The position numbers and the translations under genes were made by a program. The notes beneath the pieces were generated by a model. That model was not told the DNA's origin, did not search any database, and saw only the letters and a program-made list of their open reading frames with translations. Positions 55,514 to 63,432 of a DNA stretch of 64,000 nt are shown in pieces. Where the stretch lies: positions 1,621 to 65,620 of the forward strand of contig JAGVFW010000002.1 of assembly GCA_020057405.1 (NCBI GenBank), read 5' to 3'. Positions within the stretch are counted from its first letter, which is position 1. Each line of letters opens with the position of its first letter. This stretch comes from an archaeon. GTDB lineage: Archaea; Micrarchaeota; Micrarchaeia; Norongarragalinales; UBA97.

Positions 55514-56028
55514 ACGCCTTCAAGGAGCGACAGGAGTTCCTTTGACAGCTCGCCGGTTGAGATTAGCACGCAGCTGGCGTTTTTCAGCCGAATCTTGTTC
55601 GTGGTAAAGTGCGCGAACTTCTCAATCGTGGCAAGCGGGTTGTAGACCAAAAGCGTGTTCATAGAGTCAAACACGACCGCCCTCTTTCCCTTTAGTTCGT
55701 CGAGCAACTCGTTGATTGCCAGGCTCAGGCCCGTCAGGTTTTGCGGCGCGACAGAAATTAGCTTGTCCTTGCGCTCGGTTTCCCCGCTTACGGCAGCGGT
55801 GGCGCAGTCGATGAAGTAAATGCCCTTTGAGTCGACTTCGGACTCCTTTAGCCGCGCAATAATTGCAGGGGCGGGCTTGTTGACTGAAACATAGATGATG
55901 TTGGCGTCCTCGCGCAAGAGCCGCCGGATGATGTCAACCGTGGCACCAGCGTAGTCACTGGGCTCGACGAGGAGCAAGTAAATCACTGAATCGCGCTTGA
56001 GGTTTAACTCGTCGCGCGCCGATGCCAT
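55486..56028 (-). CDS. RecA/KaiC-fold protein lacking a canonical P-loop (degenerate KaiC-like, probable regulatory partner)
   Basis: 'SVIYLLLVEPSDYAGATVDIIRRLL...IIYVSVNKPAPAIIARLKESEVDSKGIYFIDCAT' has KaiC-like beta-alpha topology but no GxxxxGK[ST]. Confidence 0.45.
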   Translation of the reverse strand: MASARDELNLKRDSVIYLLLVEPSDYAGATVDIIRRLLREDANIIYVSVNKPAPAIIARLKESEVDSKGIYFIDCATAAVSGETERKDKLISVAPQNLTGLSLAINELLDELKGKRAVVFDSMNTLLVYNPLATIEKFAHFTTNKIRLKNASCVLISTGELSKELLSLLEGVCDKTIEYG

Positions 56029-56091
56029 CCAATCATCCCCGCTTTACGAACTCCGTTGAAGTTAAAAAAACGCTGTGTTGCCCCCGCCGGC

Positions 56092-56583
56092 TCACGCCTC
56101 GACGTAGACGATGCCGTTCCCTGCAATCCCGACGCCATCGTGGTACTCAAACTTGCCGGCCGTGTTAAACGCGCGGCTCCATGACTGGCCCCCTCCAAGA
56201 TTGTGCGAATCGAATTCCTCGCTGCTGCCGGCATCGCTCTTGATGTCGTGCAGCCGGCCGTCCTGGTTTTGCCAAGTCACTTTAGTGCCCGCCTTGACCC
56301 AGATGGCCCGCGGATTGAAGCCCGCATTCACAATCAACACGGTGTCGGTGCCGATGACTCCCGGAATCTCGTGCGGCGCTGGTGTAGGAAGCGGAGTCAA
56401 AACCGGCGTTGGGGTGGGTACGGGCGTGGCCGTGGGCTCAGGGGTCGGTGGCATTGGCGTGCGGTAAGCTTTTTTGCCAAAAAGCGTGCCCTGAACGTCG
56501 TTGGCCAGATTGTCCACCGTGTACGAAACGCATCCGGCCATGATTATCGCGACAAGCGCCAGTGCAATAAGTGGCTTGTTCAT
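56092..56583 (-). CDS. secreted lipobox protein with a PT linker and a cupredoxin-like domain lacking the type-1 copper ligands
   Basis: 'MNKPLIALALVAIIMAGCVSY' lipobox-like signal, then 'PTPEPTATPVPTPTPVLTPLPTPAP'. The C-terminal 'FNPRAIWVKAGTKVTWQNQDGRLHDI...GKFEYHDGVGIAGNGIVYVEA' parallels amicyanin/halocyanin topology, but the Cys ligand position is Asp. Confidence 0.5.
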   Translation of the reverse strand: MNKPLIALALVAIIMAGCVSYTVDNLANDVQGTLFGKKAYRTPMPPTPEPTATPVPTPTPVLTPLPTPAPHEIPGVIGTDTVLIVNAGFNPRAIWVKAGTKVTWQNQDGRLHDIKSDAGSSEEFDSHNLGGGQSWSRAFNTAGKFEYHDGVGIAGNGIVYVEA

Positions 56584-57314
56584 GCTGAGGGCGTGGCCAG
56601 CGGCAGGCGCCTGTCAACGCGCACGAACCCGGGCGCCTTTAGCCGAGAGAGAACCGCGTTAAACGCCACGTAGGACACGGCAATGCCCGCGGCAAAGAGC
56701 AGCCGCTCGTAAGCAACGACAGGCACGAGGCCAGCCCAAAACGCTGGCGTCGTGGGCAGGCTGTAAATCCACACGACCCCACCAACCGCGTGGGCAGTCA
56801 TTGTCGCACCCAGGCTGCGGGCAAACAAGTTGTTCGCAAAGAAAAGCGCGACAACAACCGGAATGCCCCAAAACATTAGCGGATAGTACCAAACCTGCCC
56901 GCCAACAGGATGCAGCAGGAATAGCGCAATTGCGGCAAGCGGCACTACTGCAGTCAATTTGCTCTTGCGCGGAGTGCTGAAATACCATGCCGCAAACGCA
57001 AGCGGGAGGAGCCGGGCAAGGTTAAGGAGCGTAAAGGCCTTTCCAGTCAGCAGCATGTCGGCCACTTGGGCGGCGATTACCACTCCTGCGCCGACCATGC
57101 CGCCGAGGAACGCACCTGCGACTGGAGCAAAGAACTGAAAGCCGGTGAAAAACTGGTTTGGTGCGCCTAAGAGCTGTGAGAAGTTCGCGTGCATGGCAAG
57201 CAGGCCTGCGGCGGCAAAAAGAACCAGGAATGCAATGCTCTTCGAGTCCTTTAGGTAATCCATTTTTCCCACTCTCCCCCACTTAAGCAAACTATGAATA
57301 AGGCTTTTCATCAA
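56580..57314 (-). CDS. polytopic membrane protein (ECF-transporter S-component-like, uncertain)
   Basis: Six or more hydrophobic helices, small size, no soluble domains. The family assignment is a guess. Confidence 0.4.
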   Translation of the reverse strand: MMKSLIHSLLKWGRVGKMDYLKDSKSIAFLVLFAAAGLLAMHANFSQLLGAPNQFFTGFQFFAPVAGAFLGGMVGAGVVIAAQVADMLLTGKAFTLLNLARLLPLAFAAWYFSTPRKSKLTAVVPLAAIALFLLHPVGGQVWYYPLMFWGIPVVVALFFANNLFARSLGATMTAHAVGGVVWIYSLPTTPAFWAGLVPVVAYERLLFAAGIAVSYVAFNAVLSRLKAPGFVRVDRRLPLATPSA

Positions 57315-57369
57315 ATGAGTTATTTAAACGTGACAGGTTGCGGGTGGTGATGGCGTGCGATTTAACGGG

Positions 57370-58089
57370 ATGCAAGTTCTGGTAACCGGCGGTGCAAGCG
57401 GCATAGGTGCCGCCATTTGCCGCGCTTTTGCGCAAGAAGGCGCCCTAGTTTTCGTCCACTACAACAAGTCGTCCGAAAAAGCCAAGGTTCTGGCCGACGA
57501 GCTTGGCGGAATCGCAGTTTGCGCCGACCTGACGAAAGCCGCCGACGTCGCGCGCCTCAAAAAACGGGTTCTCTTGCGAACAACGAACAAGCTTGACGTG
57601 CTCGTAAACAACGCCGGCGACATCGACTGGGTACGCTCGTACTCCGAGGTGACTGAGGCAATGTGGGACCGCGTCGTCGACTCAAACCTGAAGAGCGTCT
57701 TTTTAGCAACAAAAGCTTTTGCCCCCGCGCTTTTACTTTCGCGGGGCGCCGTTGTCAACCTCGCCTCAACCGCCTTCTTTGAAGGCAAATTCCCGGCAGT
57801 CCACTACAACGCCTCGAAAGCCGGCGTCGTGGCTCTCACAAAGTCTTTCGCGCGCCAGCTTGGCCCGAGCGTGCGGGTAAACGCGGTTGCACCTGGCTTC
57901 ATCCCCACCAACTTCCAAAAGCACTACCCGCCCGCGCAGCAAAAGAAGCTACTTGATGGCATTTCTCTCTCTCGGTTCGGTCGGCCGCAGGAAGTCGCCG
58001 ACGCAGTCACCTTCCTCTCATCCCCGGAGGCGTCATACATTACCGGCCAGACCCTCGTTGTAGACGGAGGCCGCGTGATGATTCCATGA
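57370..58089 (+). CDS. short-chain dehydrogenase/reductase (FabG-like)
   Basis: '[16 protein letters not shown]', 'NNAG' and 'YNASKAGV' classical SDR motifs. ATG at 57370; the track ORF begins at 57355. Confidence 0.85.
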   Translation: MQVLVTGGASGIGAAICRAFAQEGALVFVHYNKSSEKAKVLADELGGIAVCADLTKAADVARLKKRVLLRTTNKLDVLVNNAGDIDWVRSYSEVTEAMWDRVVDSNLKSVFLATKAFAPALLLSRGAVVNLASTAFFEGKFPAVHYNASKAGVVALTKSFARQLGPSVRVNAVAPGFIPTNFQKHYPPAQQKKLLDGISLSRFGRPQEVADAVTFLSSPEASYITGQTLVVDGGRVMIP

Positions 58090-58255
58090 AAAAAGCAACG
58101 CCAAAATCGTCAAGTCAATCTTCGGGAGTTGCCGAACCTTTGGAAAAGTGCGGCCGTTTTTAGATAACTTTTTAATTGAGCTACTGCCTTTACGATGCGT
58201 GAATCCAGAAGGGCTACTCTCCTTTCCAGACGAAGTGCCGTCATTCAAGACCAAG

Positions 58256-59722
58256 ATGACTGAGCCCATACGTGCCGCGGGGTTAAGCGCTGCCGAGCGG
58301 CTCAAGCTTCTCAAGTCCGCAAACTACAACGTCTTTAGCCTCTCTTCAGCGGACGTCTCAATCGACTTTCTTACCGACTCGGGCACTGGGGCAATGAGCC
58401 AGGAGCAGTGGAGTGCCATGATGCTTGGCGACGAGTCGTACGCAGGTGCGACAAGCTTCGCGAAATTCGAGGCGGCCTTTCGGCGCATCACCGGCCTCGA
58501 GTTTGTGTTGCCCGCGCACCAGGGCCGGGCTGCAGAACGCACTCTCTTTGAGGGACTCGCTTCCCTTGGCGTGCTGACGCCGGACTCGATAATCGCGTCG
58601 AACGCGCTTTTTGACACTACGATGGGCTGGGGCACGCACTTTGCGCGCTGCGTCAACCTTTACTGCGACGCGTTCGACGCGGGCCACGCTTTTGAAGCGG
58701 ACTTCAAGGGCAACCTCGGCCTCAACAGGCTAAAGGCGCTTGTGGGGGAGAACCCCGGCAAGGTGAAAGTCGTCATGCTAACGATTACGAACAACACCGG
58801 GGGCGGCCAGCCGGCAAGCATGCAAAACATCCGCGAGCTCTCGGGCTACTGCCGGCAAAACGGCATCCTGTTCTTCTTCGACGCCGCCCGCTTTGCCGAA
58901 AACGCGTTTTTCATCAAGGACCGCGAGCCCGGGTACGCTGAGAAGCCGATAAAGGAAATAGTGCTTGAAATGTTCTCTTACGTGGATGGTGCCACTTTTA
59001 GTGCAAAGAAGGACGCCCGCGCCAACATCGGCGGTGCAGTGCTTTTCTCCAGCCGACACGAGGGCCTCTTTTTCGCCTGCCGCCCGTCAGTCATACGCAA
59101 CGAGGGCCTCTTCACTTACGGCGGCATGGCTGGCCGGGACATGGAAGCGATAGCGCAGGGAATTGACGAGACGACCGAATACCCTTACCTGAAAAACCGC
59201 ATCGGACAAGTGCAGCTCCTCCACGCGCTTTTGGAAAAGCAGGGAATACCTGTGCTCAAGCCCTCCGGGGGCCACGCGGTCTACATCGACGCCCGCGAGT
59301 ACTTAAAAGCCGTTCCCGAGGCAGAGTACCGGGCCGACACCCTCGCGCTCTTCCTCTACGCAGTCGGCGGCGTGCGCGCGGTTGCAATAGGGAACATGAT
59401 GTATGCCGAAAAGGACGGTGCGGGCCGGATTACCAAGCCCGCGTCAAGCGAATTTCTGCGCATGGCCGTGCCGCGAAACGTCTATTCACTCGAGCACGTG
59501 CTCTACGTCGCAGGGGTTTTCAAAAAAGTCCACGCCGCTCGCGAGGGCCTTTCGTACGGCATCGAAGTTGTTGGCACGTTTAGAAACGACCATTTCGACC
59601 ACTTTGACTGCAAGTCCAAGCTCGTTGACGAAGGAAATTTCGCCGCCGCAGTTGCCCACGCCGTGGCGGCAAAGCCGGCGCTTGATGCAGCCGAGCGCGT
59701 GCGCCTCGAAGTTCCCAAGTGA
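58256..59722 (+). CDS. tnaA: tryptophanase / tyrosine phenol-lyase family (beta-eliminating lyase, PLP-dependent)
   Basis: '[32 protein letters not shown]' and '[11 protein letters not shown]' align with the tryptophanase '[29 protein letters not shown]...IPTHQGRGAE'. The start is taken at ATG 58256 ([10 protein letters not shown]). Confidence 0.8.
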   Translation: [488 protein letters not shown]

Positions 59723-59734
59723 CGGCGAACGTTA

Positions 59735-60409
59735 CTATTTTTTGAGCAGTATCGAATGGTTCGGGTCGGTTAGCAGGTTCGAGTGGAAGCGCAAGCCCTT
59801 TACTCGCCGGTGCTTCAATCCCGGGTCAACGAGCTTGTGGTGCTTCGCGTCATTGAGCGCGTCGTGCAAAAACTCTATCGCCCCGTCACCGGCCATCCAG
59901 TTTTCCTTGTCGAAATCGCGCAAGTCAATTGGGTCAGAATATTCCTTTAGCGTGCGCTCGCCCGCGTAGTTGTAGAAATGCTCAAAGTAGCTCATCACAA
60001 GCTCCCGCAAACTTGCGTAAACGGGTTCCCGGCACCCAAGCCAGACGAATTTCGACTTCGCAATGCTTCCCCACAAGCCCGTCTTTGTTTGGAACACGCA
60101 AATGGCGTGGTCCTCGTCCCTCACGCTACGCAAATCAACCAAGAGCGGCGCGAGGCCGTTAAACCGCAGCGCGCAGGCGCCGAAGACGGCGCCCTCAAGG
60201 CAGTTGGCCTTGCCGAGCTCAAGCACTTGCCTTGGAGAATAGCCCGTCTCCACCCCGTCAAGGTTGTAGCCGAGCCCGTCAACAAAGTCCTGGATTTTCG
60301 CCGGCGTCGACAGGGCTGCGAGCGTGCGTCTTTGCCTCGGGCTAAAGCCATCGTAATCTCCTGCCGCCCCGCCGCGCGCTTGCCGGCGCCGCTTATTTGC
60401 TGTTGCCAA
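59735..60409 (-). CDS. transglutaminase-like / Cys-His-Asp hydrolase-fold protein (uncertain)
   Basis: 'GKANCLEGAVFGACALRFNGLAPLLV', 'DEDHAICVF' and a downstream Asp resemble the transglutaminase-like core, with the order C, then H, then D. Confidence 0.4.
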   Translation of the reverse strand: MATANKRRRQARGGAAGDYDGFSPRQRRTLAALSTPAKIQDFVDGLGYNLDGVETGYSPRQVLELGKANCLEGAVFGACALRFNGLAPLLVDLRSVRDEDHAICVFQTKTGLWGSIAKSKFVWLGCREPVYASLRELVMSYFEHFYNYAGERTLKEYSDPIDLRDFDKENWMAGDGAIEFLHDALNDAKHHKLVDPGLKHRRVKGLRFHSNLLTDPNHSILLKK

Positions 60410-61145
60410 CCAGCATCACTTCGCCGCGGGTGTCAAAATAAACTACGGTGCGGCAGTTCTTGCCCGGCACGCCCGAGTTGCAAACAAAGTTGGCGACCGT
60501 AACCGGCGTGCCCTTGAAAACCTCGGAGTAAACCGAGTAGTCGGTGTAGCTACGGCTTGAGCCCGCAATAAACGACTTGATGCTGGCGTCAAGCTGTGTC
60601 TTGTTTACTTTTGGCTCTGAAACGCAGGAATCCTTGGCGTAATTGCAGAAGTTGCCCTTGGTGCAGCCGCAGTCGGTGCAGCAATTGCCCCCCGACTCGA
60701 GAGACGTGCAAATCGCGTCGCCGCACTGCTCGACCGCATCACAGGTTCCTTGCGCGGTGCAGTATTTGTCCCCGGCACAGCCGCAGTCGGCAGCGCAGTT
60801 CCCGCAGGCCTCATCGGCATTGCATGTGCCGTCGCCGCATGAAGAAAGCTCAACGCGGGGCGCCAGAAACGCACCCGACGCGGAGGCGCCGCCGGTGCCC
60901 GCATCTGCTGTTGGCTTGGCGGTTGCGGCAGGCGAGCCTGCAGGGCCGCCGCCGCTTGCGCCAATTTCCTTCCAACCGCTATTTTGCTCGCCCGGGAGCG
61001 GGGCGACAGTCGGGTGTGGAGTCAAAACTGGTTTGAGTGCAACCGGCTTTGTAACGCCAAGGCCCGCCGTCCCTCCAAGTGATGCGACGACGACTACGAT
61101 AAGCACCATTGCCGCAACTGCAATCAGTGCATTAGTGGCAACCAT
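60393..61145 (-). CDS. membrane-anchored secreted protein with two tandem Cys-rich 'CGDGxC...NCxxDCGC' modules
   Basis: N-terminal TM 'IAVAAMVLIVVVVASLGG', a Gly/Ala/Pro-rich linker, then 'CGDGTCNADEACGNCAADCGCAGDKYC' and 'CGDAICTSLESGGNCCTDCGCTKGNFC'. Confidence 0.55.
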   Translation of the reverse strand: MVATNALIAVAAMVLIVVVVASLGGTAGLGVTKPVALKPVLTPHPTVAPLPGEQNSGWKEIGASGGGPAGSPAATAKPTADAGTGGASASGAFLAPRVELSSCGDGTCNADEACGNCAADCGCAGDKYCTAQGTCDAVEQCGDAICTSLESGGNCCTDCGCTKGNFCNYAKDSCVSEPKVNKTQLDASIKSFIAGSSRSYTDYSVYSEVFKGTPVTVANFVCNSGVPGKNCRTVVYFDTRGEVMLVGNSK

Positions 61146-61150
61146 GTTCG

Positions 61151-62500
61151 CTAGTTTCCCCTCAATCTTGCAACAGCTGCAGCGTCGGTAAGACCAATAG
61201 TCGGGTCCCCGAAGAATTCAATTTCAGACGCCAGTTGGCGCGAGAGCGTGCTTTCCTCTGGCCGCAAAACGGAATTGCCGACGTGGACGGAACCAGCCGG
61301 GTTAGCGTAAAGGGCGGTTGTCTGTGCTGCCATCTGCACTGACTCGCTTGTGCTCTTGCCCGCAGCCGAGAAAACCATTGCCGCGCCAACGCCGCTAAAG
61401 CCCGCCGACTCGACCGTGTCGCCAGTGCCTTGCTTCCACCAGTCAAACCCAAGCCCGCTTGGGGCAACGACCGCCAGGGCGCCGTTCTCTAGAGCTATCG
61501 TCGCTGGGAAAGCCGCGTCTGCGTAAAGAATTGTGTTCTTGAAATTCCCGTTCGCAATTGAATCCGGTGCGGAAACCAAAAACATTCTTGAACCGGCCGT
61601 AAGCTTTGAAGCAAACGCGTTGAAGGACTCGGCTGGCGGTGAGCTTAAGCAAAAGGTCGACGGGCACTTGGAGCCCGAAAGCCCGGCGAGCGCATTAGCG
61701 GTTGCCTTGCAGGCCGCGTCGCCGCCGCAGAATTCAACTACAACCGGCTTAGCGTTTGACATTGGCGCCTTTCTGGCCTCAGCAGCGCGCGCCAAGTAGC
61801 TAACCGAGCCGTCAACCGACAGCGGCAGCTTTGAAAAGACAACGCGCGGGTTTGAAACCTGCGCCAACTTTTCCGGCCCTGCAGGGAATTCGCCGACCAA
61901 AAGAACCATCGCGGGTGCGGAGACCGCCACGACGCGCTTTAGCGCACCAGCCGTGTCGCCAGCGGCAAAGGACATTGCCTCCTGACTGCGGGCGCTTGAG
62001 AGGGACGCCCACCTTGCGGTAATCCCGTCTGCAGCAAGGGCGTCAAAATAACTTCTTAGGGCGTCCCTAAACGCGCCCTGTTCCGAGGCAGCTTTTTCAA
62101 ACGCCGGGTCGGCGGCAACGACGAGCACGTCGGTCCTGCAGCTTGCAACAAGGCGTTCCTGGATTTCGTAGTCTTTTGAAGACGCTGCCGTCCACGAGTA
62201 CTTGAGGCGGCCGTCCCCGCAAACGCCGCAAAGCGGGTCAAAGGACACCACCAACTGGCTGTCGCGTGAAAGCCCGCCAAAGCAGGCGCCAATGCCGTGC
62301 CTGCCTTCAATCGCCGCGTCACCCAAAAGCACGGTGCCGGCCTGTTCCGGCGTGAGTCCGGCGGGGGCAATGCCGTCAACCGCTTGACGTACGTGCATTG
62401 AGTCAAAAGTGAGGGTGCGGGGAGTGGGTGCCTCAACTGCGGTTGAAAACGCAAGCGTGGCCAGCAGCATTATTGCCAAAATGGGCGTGAGCCTATTCAC
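61151..62500 (-). CDS. secreted Ala-rich protein of unknown function
   Basis: Signal 'MNRLTPILAIMLLATLAFSTAVEA'. 449 aa, Ala/Gly/Ser-rich, with scattered Cys including 'CGVCGDG'. A TATA box lies about 27 nt upstream of the ATG. Confidence 0.5.
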   Translation of the reverse strand: MNRLTPILAIMLLATLAFSTAVEAPTPRTLTFDSMHVRQAVDGIAPAGLTPEQAGTVLLGDAAIEGRHGIGACFGGLSRDSQLVVSFDPLCGVCGDGRLKYSWTAASSKDYEIQERLVASCRTDVLVVAADPAFEKAASEQGAFRDALRSYFDALAADGITARWASLSSARSQEAMSFAAGDTAGALKRVVAVSAPAMVLLVGEFPAGPEKLAQVSNPRVVFSKLPLSVDGSVSYLARAAEARKAPMSNAKPVVVEFCGGDAACKATANALAGLSGSKCPSTFCLSSPPAESFNAFASKLTAGSRMFLVSAPDSIANGNFKNTILYADAAFPATIALENGALAVVAPSGLGFDWWKQGTGDTVESAGFSGVGAAMVFSAAGKSTSESVQMAAQTTALYANPAGSVHVGNSVLRPEESTLSRQLASEIEFFGDPTIGLTDAAAVARLRGN

Positions 62501-62739
62501 GAAAAGCTTTTCAGGCTGACACTATAAAAATAGTGCGGGTGGTTTGGGCGAGCTTCAAATTCAGGCAAGTGCGGGTAACCGGTTACATTACCGACCCATC
62601 CTCGGATTCGGCAAAGCGGGTGCAGAGTGCAAGGCGCAAATCCGCGGTGGCTATAGCCCTATTCGCCCCCTCTCCCGGGGCAAGGCACTATGAGGTATTA
62701 GTTGCGAAAGATTTTGATCCTTCCGCCCGTTCGCAGGAA

Positions 62740-62949
62740 ATGCGGGCTCTGGAGGAATTCAAACAACGGCTTTTGCCACGTTCGGTGGTTTTGCTTAGGA
62801 AGGAAAAACGCGAATTCAAGCTAGTGCCCAGCCACCCGGCCGTGCACAATCCGGGCGAGTTTACGCAAACGCACTGGGCCGAACTAGGGAAAGAGCTAAA
62901 CGCAAGCGTCATCTATCATGGCCGACGGAAGGTCTTTGAGGAAAAATAA
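62740..62949 (+). CDS. small basic protein (69 aa), translationally coupled to msrB (TAATG overlap)
   Basis: First in-frame ATG of the 62533 ORF downstream of the TATA/palindrome leader. Its stop TAA overlaps the msrB ATG. No recognisable domain. Confidence 0.3.
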   Translation: MRALEEFKQRLLPRSVVLLRKEKREFKLVPSHPAVHNPGEFTQTHWAELGKELNASVIYHGRRKVFEEK

Positions 62950-63404
62950 TGGTGCCAAAAGACGGCAAGTGGCGAAAGACGCTCACCCCCGCGCAGTACC
63001 GCGTGCTTGTCGAGAAGGGAACCGAAGCGCCGTTCTCAGGCAAGCTTTTGCACAACGAAGCAAGGGGCGACTACGCGTGCGCCGCTTGCGGCACCAAGCT
63101 GTTTGCTTCTGACGCGAAATTCGATAGTGGCACCGGCTGGCCGAGTTTTGAGGCGCCAGCCAACCGAGAGAACGTCGAACTCAAGGCGGACTCAAGCCAC
63201 GGCATGGCCCGCACCGAAGTCGCCTGTAAGAAGTGCGGCGGCCACTTGGGCCACGTTTTTGACGACGGGCCGACCGGCACGGGCAAGCGCTACTGCATCA
63301 ACTCGTGCGCCCTTGACTTTAAGGCCTCCAAGCCTGCTGCCAAAAGCCCTCAACACGCGCAAAAAGCAAACCGGCGAAATAAGCGCCCTTTTAGTGGCAA
63401 TTAA
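62949..63404 (+). CDS. msrB: peptide-methionine (R)-S-oxide reductase MsrB (zinc-containing)
   Basis: 'CAACGTKLF', 'GTGWPSF', '[16 protein letters not shown]' and 'RYCINS' are MsrB signatures with two CxxC zinc motifs. Confidence 0.9.
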   Translation: MVPKDGKWRKTLTPAQYRVLVEKGTEAPFSGKLLHNEARGDYACAACGTKLFASDAKFDSGTGWPSFEAPANRENVELKADSSHGMARTEVACKKCGGHLGHVFDDGPTGTGKRYCINSCALDFKASKPAAKSPQHAQKANRRNKRPFSGN

Positions 63405-63432
63405 AATCCTAGCACACGCATCATACTGTCTT

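Noticed and set aside
62540-62700. Possible tRNA or SRP/RNase P RNA in the msrB leader
   Set aside because: No GTTCRANYC T-loop and no cloverleaf could be built by eye. No recognisable SRP helix-8 or RNase P CR-I/CR-V motifs. It is kept only as a possible structured leader or operator region.
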